NCBI GenBank assembly: GCA_024704765.1
Contig: JAKMXF010000244.1
Location: 115,905-179,904, forward strand
Source of the DNA: Oopsacas minuta
Lineage: Eukaryota; Animalia; Porifera
Reading direction: 5' to 3'
Length of the DNA stretch: 64,000 bases
Shown: positions 1-14,467 of the stretch, piece after piece
Numbering within the stretch: position 1 is the first letter of the stretch
Layout of the letters: every line of letters starts with the position of its first letter
Translations under genes and position numbers: made by a program
Notes under the pieces: model-generated
Seen by the model: only the letters and a program-made list of their open reading frames with translations
Databases searched by the model: none
What the model was told of the DNA's origin: nothing

Positions 1-600
1 TTCGACAACTCTATTGCATTCAAATCATTCCCGACCTTCAAAAAGCGGGAGTGAAGTGATTCAACAGCTTGTTCTGAGACATATCCCAGACCCTTTCCAG
101 AAGGAGGCAGTTATGAACAAAAGGTAGAATGTAGCGGCCAAGAACATGGACTTCAATTGAACATTGTAGCCCTGTTCTATTAAATCTTCTTTGAATTAAC
201 GAATCTGATCAATGTTTTCACTTTCGAAATATGTCCCGATTCATGATGCACCCACATCACTAAATATCTTTAGGACAATGAAGGCAGAGTTTGAAGGAAC
301 AAAAGTAAGTCCATTACACATCCTGAGCAGTCTACGTATTGCATTTCTATGATATATGCTCCATTCGATGTAATTATTTCTTAATATGGATTGGTGCATG
401 AATATCTCTACCTCAGACATTGTTGTTAGTATGGCATCATATAACTTTTGGCCCACTCCAAACATCAAATGCAACTCAGAAATATTGAATCTAGCTATCA
501 TATTCGACAACCATGTTCCTACTGGAGGGAGATTTTTCATGCCCATACAATAAATTGGCTGTTTTTGGATCACCAACAATTTCCAGGAACTTTGCTAACC
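1..600 (-). mobile_element. Decayed Transib/Chapaev-like (RAG1-superfamily) transposase fragment, truncated by the window edge
   Basis: ORF 241-579 contains ELHLMFGVGQKLYD (LHxxxG motif). A shifted frame downstream (about 1-95) reads GLGYVSEQAVESLHSRF (SEQxxESxH catalytic-Glu motif), preceded by VHVLGRYILPFV. Frameshifts and stops separate the motifs. Confidence 0.5.
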
Positions 601-1309
601 TAAAGATACATAACATTATCTACAGAATTCTCATTCCTTAAGCTGATTACAAGTTTGATAAATTTCGTCATAATCAAGGCCCAGGTTATATTTCATTTGT
701 AGTAGATTATGTTACACCATAAATCTCTGAAGGAATGTATTGATGTAATTACACCTTAACACAAAAGTTTCAATAATATAATTTTGATACTTTTCATTAC
801 TGCGATCATGACTAATGGATTCCATAATATCCATACAGAATTCTTTCTTCTTCTCATAATAATATCAAATTATTGGACAAAATGTCTCGCAATATTGAAG
901 ACACCTTTATACATTGATTGTTCAACATTTCACAAGTTGATGCAAGTTGCTTGATTTTGCCGAACTCAATTTCATTACTTCTTAGATTCTGATTGAGGTG
1001 AAAATGTGTAGAGTTTGATAGCCCTATTCATAAATCATGATATATCATTGTAAATAGTAATGAGTTCATAGTGCATTATACAACGGACGTTCAAATAGTT
1101 ACCGACCTTGGTCATAGAATTTTAAGATATAAGATATCATATTACGTATCTGTTTCATAATGAACCTTATTCAATTATCTATTCAGAACTAGTTTAACTG
1201 TAACCATGTCGTCAATAGTTTTCTATTTACGATCATTTCAAATTTCTCAGTTTGACTATCCTTGTATTTTTCAGTATTTATGGCTTCAAATTTGAAATTT
1301 GAGCAAATA

Positions 1310-1670
1310 TCCTATATCAAATTCGCACGCTTCTTGGTATTGATCCGAAGGATATTCTCATTGACTTGATGTCGTTTATGGAGATGCTAGCCTTTCATAT
1401 ACTACTGTGAAGGAGTGGCCCAAGCGGTTTCGTGAAGGACGAGAGTAACTGGAAAATGAGAAACGAATCGGCCTTCCCAGATACTTCGTCACTAGCAGTA
1501 ACAACTCTGAAATTCGCTGAAGAGTGGAAAAAGATCCTCATACACTGTTGAGGAGTAGCTATGAGTGTAGGGATCTCAATGGAGTTGTTCATTTCATACC
1601 TATCGATGAGCTGAGAGTTACCAAATTTTTTCGAGATGGATCCTGCATTTCCTTACAAAAGACCAAAAGG
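1310..1670 (+). mobile_element. Mariner transposase N-terminal fragment (pseudogene)
   Basis: Frame-broken peptides YGDASLSYTTVKEWPKRFREGRE*LENEKRIGLPR, RVEKDPH and RWILHFLTKDQK match the mariner HTH region and the WVPHxL linker. No TIRs found. Confidence 0.7.
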
Positions 1671-4010
1671 GTTATATTTGTTCAAATTACACTATATTAT
1701 AGAAATATTAACAGTTTTAGTCATAATTAATGCAATGTATTTAGAAACTTTTTGCACTTTTATCAATAACCAACTTATTGAGCAGAATTCTCGAATGGCC
1801 ACCTCAACGATCTATGTAAAAATATGAATTTCTGAATAATCATTGCTATTGTCACGGGAGCCCAAAGTCATTCTTGTCCAGGAGGATTTACATGATAGAG
1901 CAGGATATATATACCCTACATGAAAACTAGGAACCCAATTATCCCCATAACTGATAACTAGCACTCTATGAGCATAACCTTACCCATTAGTAGAGTGATA
2001 TCCTATTTGACTAGTTTAAAAACACCTTTCATGATTACTAGGAGTATGCCGAGGTACATTATACCTGGAAAAGAGGGATATACCCTCCCAAATATGGGCG
2101 AGGCTGAGACTGAAAGATAACAAGGAGGGTTAAACAATTAATTCTCCAACTTTCGTACACCTGTATGCGAAAAATCTGGGGAGTGGGTGTCTTCCAGTTT
2201 CTTAAATCAATTCTGGATATACAAAACATATATGAATATATATTTATAATCAGTGGAACCTGAATAAACCAACTATCATTGGGACATCAAAGATTATGTC
2301 AGTTTAGAAAATTGTATGATTATCCAGGTGAATTTGTATTGTTCCAATCTATTTCAGATCAGAAACATTGTCAGATTGTAGAGATCTCCCGGATGATACT
2401 GGGGGCTGATTATACAGGTTACACTGTAATTTTGAAATTTGAATCACGGGTACCCCTCAATATCACAGACGTCATGATTCTGATCAAATGCTAACTCATT
2501 ATGAGATTATTCGTCATCGTGACTGTACAAAATTTTTCCAAGTTTTTAAAAACCCGAGGCATGAACTACCAAGATTACTACTCAAAAGCGACATAGTATC
2601 TACATTGTGACTACAGAAATTTATTGGATGTAATTTAGATGGATCATCTATTTTGTGAATTCGAGGCACGTAGTGCCGATTATATTCTGTAGCATAACGA
2701 ACAATAACACTATAAAATTTAGCTATTTATTACTTAAGGTAAACTTGAGCACCAAGCTGAAATACCGTATAACGAAGACAATATTGGAGTAATGCTGGGT
2801 TGGCATACGAGGGCCGATAGAAAAATTTGGAAAATTAGGAATCATTAAAGTTTCAAAATACAGTTTGCGATAGTTAGGGAGCCGAAAATCTATTGTAAAT
2901 CATATCCATATACAATATACTAGATGTATGAATCTGTTTTATCAAGTAGATGGTAAAAGTTTTGCCGGATCAAATGAGGTAGAAAGCATTAGCAGTAACG
3001 AGATTTGGACTAACATCTAGTGTCGAAGAGAGTAGGACTAAGTCATTAATGAAAATAGGACAACTTTAGCACTTGAAATGAGTATGCAGAACACCTACTA
3101 CATCCGAAATGAAATTACTGTGTTGCTCAGATTTTTGAAAGTTAATTTTCCAAATTGCATCAACGTATTCAAATGATGTGTAAAGATCACAAATATATTT
3201 AGTGGGCGGTGATAAAATTAACTTCTTGTGGCCACTTTCTAGCACTTGGCGATTTACAGGGAAATACGGTAATGACAATTTCAAATTAAGAGTAACGTTC
3301 ACATAGAGAGTGTGAATAATGTCTATACATAGAGTTTTTGTACTTTTCAAGGGGCATGCCCCCTGACAGCGGGTGTAGATGTTGCAGTGCACGAGACCCT
3401 GATTGATTTTGGCCTCCTGGATCTGATAATTATTTCAGGATAATAATTATGATTCGTCTCTTACTGTACTCCATTATGTATCCTCAAATAATAGGGATAA
3501 AATTCTAAATAATTACCCTTTCATTATCTCCTGTCTAACTATAGAAAAGATGTATCTAGGATCAATTTGAAATATATGCAAAAATATGTGAAAACATGAT
3601 TAATGATAGGACTAATCACTCAGTGAGAGATTTGAAAAAGTAAAATAGGCATCACAAAGTCAATTACACTTGAATATGAGTCAAAACGTAATTGTCTAGT
3701 GTGGTTTTGAATATTATGCGAAAAGGTGAGAAATATGATTTAACATATGATAAATCAGTGAATTAGTTACATTTGAGCTCAAAGATCTCAAATTCGAACT
3801 TTACACACCCAAATAACCATGCTAGCAGGTTGAAACGTAATATCTATCATTCTTTTGAGTTAATATCGAAGGAGTGAAAATATGTTTCAATCACAAAAAG
3901 GTATGAATTAGTCACTTTTGAAAATTCAAACTCGAGGTGTAAGTCCTACACCTAAATGAATATGTATGCCAATTATTATGTGAATTGGAATGCTCATTGT
4001 CAAACTACCA

Positions 4011-4036
4011 CGCGGACGGACGGACGGACGCAGACG
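4011..4036. repeat. (GGAC)n microsatellite-like tract inside an interspersed repeat
   Basis: cgcggacggacggacggacgcagacg read directly. Similar tracts occur in DINE/HINE-type helitron derivatives, but that assignment is unproven here. Confidence 0.5.
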
Positions 4037-6770
4037 TCGTACATCGTCCATGCAATCAGTGAGATTGTCATCATGACCCACAAAATAACAATTTCTGATT
4101 ATGCTCAACTTTGCAGAATTAGATAATATGGGTATATGGTACGCTGGAATCTTGTTTGGGCAGGTGTTTAGAAATTACCATATAAGTGGAGTCCAGTAGA
4201 TGTTACGTACAATACAGCTAATATATTTTCCTCGAATTCTCCTAGTGCCATTATATATTTCTGAATTTTGTTCAAATATAATGAAAGTTAAAAATGATAC
4301 TAGATTTGAAATTAGGGATGTCGGTTTTAATAAAATTACAAACTCAAATCTCAAGACTAATTTGAAAATGTGCAGTGTGCAGTGTAACAACTGAATGCAG
4401 CATATTGCCAAATGATTTGTCATTCACACAAAATGTAATTAATGATACGGCAATAAAATGACGAACGCTTGACAAATGTAAATTGAAGAATGTTGGTGAA
4501 ATGACCTGGTTGCTTTATATATCCTGGTTTTCATTGAATGGACAAACCACTGGTTGACCTCTGGGGCGTCCAAACATTCCACCTTCCTTGACTTGAAAAA
4601 TCACCACATCAGACATTTCACATATTCTCTAACTCACAAATGAACATCTTCATACTATACATATGTATATAGCGGAGTTTTTTCTCAAAACAGTTACTAA
4701 TATTGGAACAAAGTCTATTCTTCACTCAGGACCTGAAAATGCTGCTAATACACAAAGTTGATATTAACCCGAGTAAATTTTCATTAGGGTCTAGGTGAGA
4801 ACCTACGAAACCTATGGCTCACTAAGAAAGGTAGTTGACTATTACTAGCCTGGATAGTAGTCGAGAAAAGATGGGCCAAATATGTTCATCAAATTTCAAA
4901 TGTAACAGAAAATATTCAGGGTTAACTGCTAAAAATCAATTTCTTGGTTAATTTACATCCAGAAATGATATATATCAACTGGAATTGGTCAATCAGAAAT
5001 GGCTTTGCCAGTAATAAATATACATTCACCTTTGTGCAACATAAATGAATAAATTCAAAATTCCATTCCCAATTTTCAGCCACCGAGCATGATATAATTT
5101 CATATTGGAGAGCCAACCGAAAAGTCAAACAGATAAAGTCGATCTGTAAATAACTGATCAACAATATAATTAAGTAATACCTTGCACTACATCGATTACT
5201 GCATTTCGTAGGAAATAAATTGTGTAAGATCCTATTTCAGGAATTTCGATGTTCACTATTAAATGCTTGCGGCCATGATATAAGCACAAGATATTATGTG
5301 AAGGTGTGTCCAATGGAAAACTGTTGTGATGATACTAATATGGATCCCGCTGACATTCAAATTGGTACCATCGCAACAATGACATGATCAGTAACTTCGA
5401 ATTCAAGAATAGATATTTAGAGATAGTTCTTTTGAAATCGTAAGCGCCTGACCATTTCTTCCATAAAATGATAAATGTATTTCGAGCATTGTACAAAGGA
5501 ATCGTGATATGTTCATCCAAATTTATGCAAAGGATTTTCAGCAGTTTGCGAGGTGAACGCCCAAAATTGGGAAATCGTTCGATGACAAAGCAGGAATTTG
5601 AGACAATTATAACCCAGACATCTAAGCTACCCGGTCTAATTACCACTTATAATCTTCGCTAAGCTTTCTGATGTGAAATATTCATAAATCAACAAGTATA
5701 TCAAAAGTTACTAGATTCGGTGAAAGGAGATTTTGTACAGTCTGACCAATTCATAATAATCGAGCCAACTGAAGAAGGGTAAAACCAAATATTCTAAGCT
5801 GAACCTTAGCATGAGCTTCATACTCAACCTCAAATATTCCGAAAGGACTAACCCGAAGGAAAATCAACAAAAGTCGCAAGCTATAATTACATCTTTGGAA
5901 GAGTCTAACTGCAAAATTAGAAAATATTATAATAGTAAAATCGTTATGTGAGGAACTTGGCTACTCAATTAATGGTATTTTGGCTATTTTTCACCTGTCT
6001 GGTTAAAATACTAAATTCAAAGTTTGCTGAAGATTGGTAATGAGGATAGTTGACATATCTGACGGATTTGTGTGAGACTTAGGTATATCATCACAATCTT
6101 ACTTATATTTTAACTTCCTACAATAAAGTTTTAGGACAAACTGAAGTGAATATAGTGATTCATAACGAAATGAACCGTAATGCACAATTATGGTAGGTAG
6201 ATATGGATTATACTGTCACACATCGATGTATTTCCAAAGATAGAGAAACTCAATATGTCATGAAGAAATCTGACTCACTGATCATTACAATTGTTAACAA
6301 CTATGAATGAGTGGCTGAACAATTTCGGACCTTATAGAAGCGAGGAAAAATTTAGTAATGGGTTTGTAGACAAAATAAGAAGTTGATAATATAATAAACA
6401 CCGCCTTGAGAAATATTTCGTAGGACAAATTCCAGTTATACCATAGGCCAAATTGCGAAGCTTCGATAGGATTGAGAGAAAATATAATCGAAAGAATGTT
6501 TATGATTACAGTGTTGTATTACCCAATAGGCAAGTAGCCACTACATAGGGGGCCCCGAGCCTGAGGGCTCCCAAGTATAAGGGCACCAACCCCATCTTCA
6601 ATTGAAAAATATTTCTTTTGACACTCTTCAATAAGCAGTAATATTATACCTTAGGACAAGTTCCAAAATATCTTAAACAACAGCTTCATTTGATCCAGTG
6701 TAATCAGAGGGTTTTAGTCATAATCATAGACAAAGAACACTTAATGTAATAAAACATTGAATACCTACAC

Positions 6771-9081
6771 CAGTGGATCTAAACATTTCTCATTGCGTAC
6801 CCCTCAAGCTGGATCTTGTGTGTGATGTACCCCCTAAAATGGCCTTCATTGTAAATATTAGGTTTACAATCACTTTTACCCAGTTGTGAAAAATAAAAGT
6901 GTTTTTATTCTAGAAATATAAATAAAGTATATAATGAATTAGTGGGAAGGATGTGCTTGCATGTTGTGTATAGGTTATCAATTCGTGGCACCGTTTTTGA
7001 AACGGACAGACGGAGATCAGCTTCTACAGACAACCGCGCTCGAAATTTATTATTAATTAGTAATAGCACTGAAAATCCTTGTTCACAAAGGTAAGTACTG
7101 GGAAGCATCGACAAGGCATTTATTGCTCTATCTACCACGTTGGGATAAATCAAGTTCATTTCACACCAGAACTTTGTGAGTGCGAGTGTTTCAAATTGAT
7201 CTCGGGTATTAGAATCATTGAGAAATTCAACAATTCCTCTTGGACTCAGTCTGGTATAAAACTTACATCGCATCTAAATGGATTTCGAATCATTTTCATG
7301 TCCAGGTCGCTCAGATCTGGGAAGTAAGTTTGAAATTCATTTCCCAATGCTGAGAGGTGAGCCTTCACTATAGCACCTATACTCTGATCTATAGTACTCT
7401 CTTCTCCAAGAGTTGACGAGAGGCTTTCAAAAAGGTCGAACTTTACCATGGTTAATTTAGCTTCCCAGAGTTCTAACTTCATAATAAACGCCCGAATCTT
7501 GTCCACACAATCAATCATGGTAGTAACCGTCCTTGGAGGTACTTGTTGAGCAAGTTGATCCGCGAGAAGATTTCATTTATGCAGGCGAGTCTTTTCAGCC
7601 ATTCTTTGTATGAGAGTTTGCCGAAGAATACTTTTGACTTCTCTTTCCCATCTTGTTCAAAGAATTCAAGCAATTGGTTTTTCAGTGAATATACTCGCTA
7701 GAGCATGTTCCATCGTGAGAACCAACGAAATTCAGTATAGAACAGCAAATTCTGATGGTCAATATCTAATTCTTGGCACAATAGGCGGAACACACGTGTA
7801 TTAAGAGCACTGGACATGATATAATTGACCATGGTGACAGCATCTTCGAGAACAAGTTTCAGATCTGATGGAAGTATTTTAGACGCAAGAGCGTATCGGT
7901 GTATCATACAGTGATTGTGTTTCGAAAAGGGGTTCACAGTTTCTACCCAAGCTCGAAATCCCGAATTAATTCCAAGCATACCAAGAACAGCATCTGTTGT
8001 GCAACCAGAAACATTCTTCCAGAATAGTCCCATTCTCTCAAAGTAATCAAAGACCTGCTGGAAGACATCTTCTCCTTTTGTAGCTGTTTCCGAGCAATGG
8101 CAAAATAGGAACTCTTCCTTGAATTCCCCGTCTTTGATGTACCGTGCAAATACTAGTAGTTGTGCACAATTAGAAACGTCCGTTGACTCATCAAGTTGAA
8201 TTGGAAACTTGTTCAACGGGGCTCCCAAAATCTCAGCAACTACCTGCTGCTCAACGTCATCTGCCATATCTGTAATTCGGTGTTGATTGTGTCGTTCGAG
8301 AGAGGCGAGTTTCTTTTCGGCGCTATCTCCAAAATGCAGTGCACGATGTCTTTACAATAGGGGAGTATAAGATTTTCTGCAATCGTATGTGATTTCTTTT
8401 CTTGAGCAAATAGTAAACCCACCGTGTACGAGGTACGAAGACCTGCTTGAGCCTGTTGACTCAATTGTGTTCTGTGATCTATACGGATTTGCTTTACTCC
8501 TACTTCTCGATGCTTGAAGAAATCTATACCCTTATTTGCAAGATTTGGGTAGCACCCGCTTAAATGGCGTTTTAGAAAACTTGGTTTCATCGAGCCCTCA
8601 GATAGCACCTTATAACCTATTACACATTGTGGTAGTTCCCGTCCCTCTTTAAGTATGGATGTAAATCCATATATATGATATGATCTTCATTATATTTCCA
8701 ATTCTTAAGAGATTCCATATGAATTTGGTGTTAAGTCAAAGTCTCAAAGAAATGTTCTTCCAATTTCCATTATATTCCATTTCATAAAACATTACAATAC
8801 TCGCGTGGTGTGATAGTCAAATCAATTTGAATTGACACATATGTACGAACAATGGAATCCTTAATTAGCATAACCTCAAACAATAAATATTCAAGGGTGA
8901 TAATAATTAGTGATGAAACCATTGTAACTGATACATATTAATTATTTGGCATGAAATTACTATCTATGTGCTGAGTCTGTTGATATGATGGAGTGTAACT
9001 CGAAATATTTGTATCTGATTAGGTGATACACCGGCGTACCCCTAGGAAAAGTGCTGGTGTACCCCAGTTTGAGAACCACTG
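6771..9081 (-). mobile_element. Full-length decayed hAT element, Buster/Charlie (ZBED5-like) family, about 2.3 kb
   Basis: Termini cagtggatct-aaac and gtttgagaaccactg. Perfect 8-bp TSD acctacac at 6763-6770 and 9082-9089 (nnnTAnnn Buster preference). Broken ORFs carry SMKPSFLKRHL, IQLDESTDVSNCAQLLVFARY, HCMIHRYALA and STYLCEQGFS. Confidence 0.95.
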
Positions 9082-9999
9082 ACCTACACGATATCATTCG
9101 ATGGGAAAATGTATAACTAAGTATCTAGATGATTGATTCATTTTGTAACCTACAATTGTATAATAATAAATTTCTCTAAATTAATCACAGATAAGATGCA
9201 TGATTGCATCCTTCATGTTTTTGTCAATCGGTATGCACTTGCTATCGGTTTATCTAGTTTGTCTGTATCAATTGGAGTTAGGGTCTGCAACATGCTGTTG
9301 TTGTTTTTTGTCCCTTGTTGTAAGTGTAAATATTTAATAGACAGGACTTTAGGTAAACTTTTAGTCTTGGAGTTAGGAAGAAAACAATATAAATATAAAT
9401 ATACGTTCATAGATAAATAATTTAATATTATGTTTACGTGTCATTTGTGTGTGTATTTACAGTGAGTGACAAATAGTTGCTTACAGAAAAAACACACACA
9501 CAAAATAATTACAATAAACAAGAATCAATCGACATTAGATTTGTAACCTAACCATTGCTTGGTATAATATCAGGAAATACAGTGTAATGAGTAAAATTAA
9601 CAATCCCGGGCTAGGAAATGTAGCCCGAACAGCAATGGTGAATACTACTTCATACGTGGATGTTCACCTGGAAGAAGAGAACATTTCTCATCGGCTCGAA
9701 TTCATAAGAAAATTATACAAGTCTTTTGTCAATCGGGTTAGCTTGTTGCTTTGCCGCTTCGGCACTGTTTTCAAATGTACAAAATAAACTTTCCACGTTA
9801 TGAAGAAATCCTCTTACAGTTTTTGACATCGAACTTTGATTTTAGGAATGAGTAGATATGGGCATACGGCCAGAAAATATTAGTGACTATGGGCCTCTTA
9901 AGTGGATAATCAGTCACTGTATAATTAAATAGACACGGTCTGGAACTTCAATACAGGACTTACAATTATTGTTACTATGAATGGTGAGTAAATGATTAG

Positions 10000-11100
10000 A
10001 TTTTTGAATATTTGGTTTAAACAGGCCAACTATTAAGATATGACCGTGAATTGTACTCCAATCATATAGAGATAGAGTAAAAGCATACACATTGTCTCCA
10101 GAGAAAATCATCCGTCTACGGAATAAGATATTTTTCGATGAGTTTGGTGGAGATTTCGATGCCGTTATTTTCAAAAGCATTATATGTAAGTTAGATCTTC
10201 GGTATTCACATTGTAACATGATAGTAGTTGTTTCGAAATAATGTGGGGATTTTGATGGAATTCGGATACAATCATTTGTTGCTAAGCTAATATACATAAT
10301 CTAGCGATATTTGGAAAATATTTGGCATATATTGTTACTTTTGATATTAGTGTATTTGCAATTGATAAGTGATTTTAGAAAATAATTGAAAAAGTTGTTG
10401 ATTGTCTACAAGATATTAAGCTTCATGATACTGATAAGGTAACATCATCAAATGCACAAGGATCAAAATTCTTCATATCTGATGAAGTGGATAGTCTTTA
10501 ATCATCAACTAGAATTAACAAAGCCGTTTGACTTCATATTCTCCAAAATTCAAGTTATGACATCTAACTTAACAGTCGCAAATTGATAGAACATATTTAT
10601 TGATTGCCAATATATGGTAAGTAACTAAATAGCTTATCAACCGTTCGAGATGTGAGCAAAAACTGTACTAATAAGAATAGAAAGTCACCTAGTGCGGATA
10701 CACTAGTGATAATAGTAAAAGTCAATCAAGATATGAACCATAGATAGGTCCATGTTATACTTAATTAGGAAAATATACGAAGAATCTGGTAAGTTTAAAT
10801 GATAAACTGCAAAAATAATAGACCATCAAGTAAGGTAGCATTAGAATCTAGAAATCGAATGTAATAATAACATAATGAAATTCAAGAATAGAAATCATCA
10901 ATGAGTTAGATTGACAGAAAATGTCATAAATGAGTAGTGCTAGAAATTACTGAATAAGTAAGATACTGGCATACAAGAAATAAAAGAAGATTGATTCCAA
11001 TTAACAGGAATTTGAGAAGAACATTCAATAATCATTGTCAAACAATCGTATTTTATCTAACTAATTAACTTCAAATGTAATGTATTATTTGATGAGAGAT
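10000..11100 (-). pseudogene. Very old hAT transposase C-terminal relic
   Basis: Stop-riddled frames contain FGEYEVKRLC, KYFPNIARLCIL, LATNDCIRIPSK and IKIPTLFRNN, in the order expected for a hAT dimerisation region. Confidence 0.35.
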
Positions 11101-11133
11101 AGCTTTGGGAAAAGAGAAAATATTAAAGCTTAT

Positions 11134-14100
11134 CGTAACCTAAGTAATATAAGGCCTGACTGTTCATTGGGACCATGGATTACTTAAAGTACATACATTG
11201 AATATGATATGTTGAGATTAATACAATTGTTTTTGACAATATTCGTACCAAATGGTAGATAGAAGGTAATCATATTTTACACTACTATAACAAGAATTGT
11301 ATAAATAAAGAAATAAGAAATGCTAGGACAACAAAGAGACTGCCAACGGCAAAATTACTAATTATTTTGATTTGAATTTGGTGTATTTACGAGAGTTATG
11401 CGAGCTTTCAGTTAATGTCCTTTACAACGAATTCATGTTCTTCACTTTGTTAGCTAGGATACAGTTGGTTGCTGAAAAAATAATCTCCTTTAAGATATTC
11501 CATCCTATTGTGTCACAAGTAGGGCATTTGTTTCTCCAAATTTAGTTTCATTACTCTCAATTACATTTAATGTTAAGGAACTATGATCTTCCGAGATGAA
11601 CTTGTTATGAAGAAATTGAAGAGACTAGAATCCATTTCGATCCTGGAGTAGACCTTCCACAGAATTACAACTGCTTCAAGTACTGGAGCTGAAGGCCACT
11701 TAAGGCCTCCTCTGTCAATCGAACATATTAAACCATAGATGGGATCAGTCATATCTAAATCGAGAGTATCTTCCTCAACAAGACTTGACAAACACTGAGA
11801 GCAAATACTGCTCACTTCTTCCTTATCTCTTACGCCAGAAGAGTGAGTAATACCTCGCTTAGAATAGAAAGCACTTTTGAAGATGGAATGAACACAATAA
11901 CCGCCAATAAAGGCTAAAGATTGAATGAGGGAAGTATTGAGTATGATTGGCGTCTCCTCTTCATTGAACACACTGTAATAGGGGTCCAAATCGACTATAT
12001 GTCATCGCTAGATTCTTCGGAGATTGAAAATGACTTTAAAATTCTTTAATGAGAGTCAGCTCTCACCCGAAGTACTAGAGGAGAACAATTTCAGAATTGC
12101 AGAAATCTTAATTAGTCTCTCACTTTGCAAAATTTGGCAAAATGTAACATTGTACTGGGCACCGCTCATCATTCGGTAAATCCCAAAGTGATGTCCAATT
12201 GGGTCGTTTTGAAGGAAAGAACTAAGAACATAGGCAAATCACAGTTTGTGGTAAGATGGTTGACTATCCCTTCAAGGACAATACACGAATGGCGAAAACT
12301 GGTAAAGGTTAGCGCAGTGAGTTTTCCGTGCTTTTGGGGTAAAGTTCTCCATTCATCAAGCCATTTCACAACATCTGAAATAAATAAAAACCGAATGTCA
12401 TTACTCTGTTGTGGCATAGAAAGTTCGTCATTTAGACGGATGTCTTTATTAGGTCTATTAATGTTGAAGATCTTCCATACCTTACAAATAAGGCTAATGA
12501 ACTGAGCTGTTTCTGAAACATGACCATATTCAGAAGTATGGACTGTTAAAGCTGCAGAGGCTGAGTCGTCAAATATGCGAAGTGCTAAATTGACATTCTG
12601 TCTTTCAAGGCTAGATGGCCAGCAAGATTTGGCTGTTTTAGCGACAGAATTTTGCTCAAGTTTAAAGAGATTCCGAAGGTCTTGAAATGGTACCTTTAAA
12701 GTATATTCGCAAGATACGAGTGAAGGACAGCTAAACGTGTGATTAGAATCGATTTGATTTATCCAATTATTTCTTACTGTTTTGATGATGTGGACAAAGT
12801 CGAAGACAAGATACAGAGGTCTACAAGTGTCTAATGAGTGAGGAACACAAGTTTTAAGATTGGAAGTAGGGGATAGTAACTCAAACAGATTCACATTCAG
12901 AGGGTAGTTATCTATACAAATAACTTGAGTTTGAAGATTGCAACTTTCTATATTCTTGATCACTTCATGTAAAATAGGTAGTATTTGAGCAGCTGAAGAT
13001 TTTGCGCAAGGTAGGAGTCGTACAACTGTAGACAGTTTTTTGCATAAACTTGATATCATAAATGCTAGAACTGTATTGGCTGCTTCGTTCTGTGTAGTCG
13101 AAGTGCCGAGTATTCTCCCACCTGTGTAAGAAAACTCTGATTTGACATGTATTTCATCCATATATAATGTAACATTCCTTTCTTGGTTATTCAAATATGT
13201 TTGCAACTCACACTCTAAGCCTATAGTTCCATAAAGACTACGTAGAGTTTTGGGTGGGGAAATGTTAAACAGTTCAAAGATTCTAAGTAGTTGTAGCAGG
13301 TAGAAGATATCAAATGAAATTTTTGAGCTAGCACCATTGGAACAAGATTGTACGGTCTTCGATTTTAGGAATTAGTGTATTCTCAAGCTGGTACAGTAGA
13401 AAATTTAACTGGGGTAACAATTCTGAATATTTCTCTAGGATATCGTTCGAAGTTCCTATCTTCGAAATCATACTTTTAATGTTAGAAGTAGCCTGGCGAA
13501 TACAGTTTTCACAGAGTCCTTAGTGTATGCAGAAACCTCGCTGATGATGGTATCGATTTCTCGAATATCACTGAGATTGTGCATTGTTAGAGGAATTTGA
13601 ATGTTTTGACATAAGCCCGTAGGTGTTAAGGAGTCATTAATTGAAACATATGCTGGTATATATATATATATATATTTGTCTTTTGACAGCTTTAGCAAGT
13701 TAATAGACGTGTCATCTGAAAACCATTTAACACAAGAAGAAGGTAGTTCAAATTATTCGAATTTACATTTTAGCTCTCCTAATGATTTGACACCAAACTT
13801 ACTATCCTCAGCTTCATGAAGATCAAGGCTCTGTTCTAAGGCTTGGAAGAACAATTTATTCTCGATTTTCCCACGATCTAAACGTCCAGGCTTCGGGGAT
13901 GGTGAGCTAAGATACTTGGGACAACTGAGAAGAAGACAAGGTATAGCGTTCTTATTGTAGAATTGGTCGCGGAGAAATCTTTTGTAATGAGCCATCAGGT
14001 TGAGGCATATCCATTTCAGTGATGACATTTTCAGTACGAAAGTGATTAGAACAAACAAACACGTTTTTTAGATCTTCAATATCCCCCTTTGCAGAGCGCG

Positions 14101-14467
14101 TAACCATCTTTCTCTAAGTTCAGAGTTTGAGGGTAATCTGAATTCTGGTTTATATGGCTCCCTGAATAATTACTCCGGCATCCAGGTGCGGAACAAGTGT
14201 TAGGCATCAAGGCTAATCAGTGATGAAACAGAATTGCAGAATAAGATAAAATTGCAAAATCCTAAATAACGAAAGGCTTGGGAACATAATCTCGGGCCAA
14301 TTATATATATACCTATATAACAGAAGTGATTTAAACAGAATTTCAACAATTCAGATAATGTCAATTTTGCATGCTACAATTATGGGTGAATTACAAAATG
14401 CACTTTAGGTAATCCATGGTAGGTAATTCTATGCGCAATAGTCAGGCCTTATATTACATAGGTCACG
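11134..14467 (-). mobile_element. Full-length decayed P-element (THAP9-like transposase), about 3.3 kb
   Basis: The THAP C2CH N-terminus starts at 14207 (MPNTCSAPGCRSNY...RERWLRAL...VFVCSNHF). ORF 12169-13206 has MDEIHVK, CIDNYPLN, FDFVHIIKTVRNNW and LERQNVNLALRIF; QNDPIEHHFG and DRGGLKWPS lie downstream. TIRs cgtaacctaagtaatataaggcctgact / agtcaggccttatattacataggtcacg. 7-bp TSD agcttat at 11127-11133 and 14468-14474. Confidence 0.93.

Noticed and set aside
241-330. TFVPSNSAF resembling a fasciclin motif
   Set aside because: Spacing is off, and the surrounding motifs indicate a transposase relic.
4922-5660. ORFs with HARWLKIGNGILNLF-like and VIER...-like motifs of an uncharacterised transposase family
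   Set aside because: Motif order is inconsistent and similarity is weak; no termini found.
10000-11100. Patchy resemblance to the next UBR4 exon (LDKIRLF, LLNVLLKFL, LNFGEYE)
   Set aside because: The frames are full of stops and frameshifts while all other UBR4 exons are intact; spacing does not fit, and hAT C-terminal motifs explain the region better.
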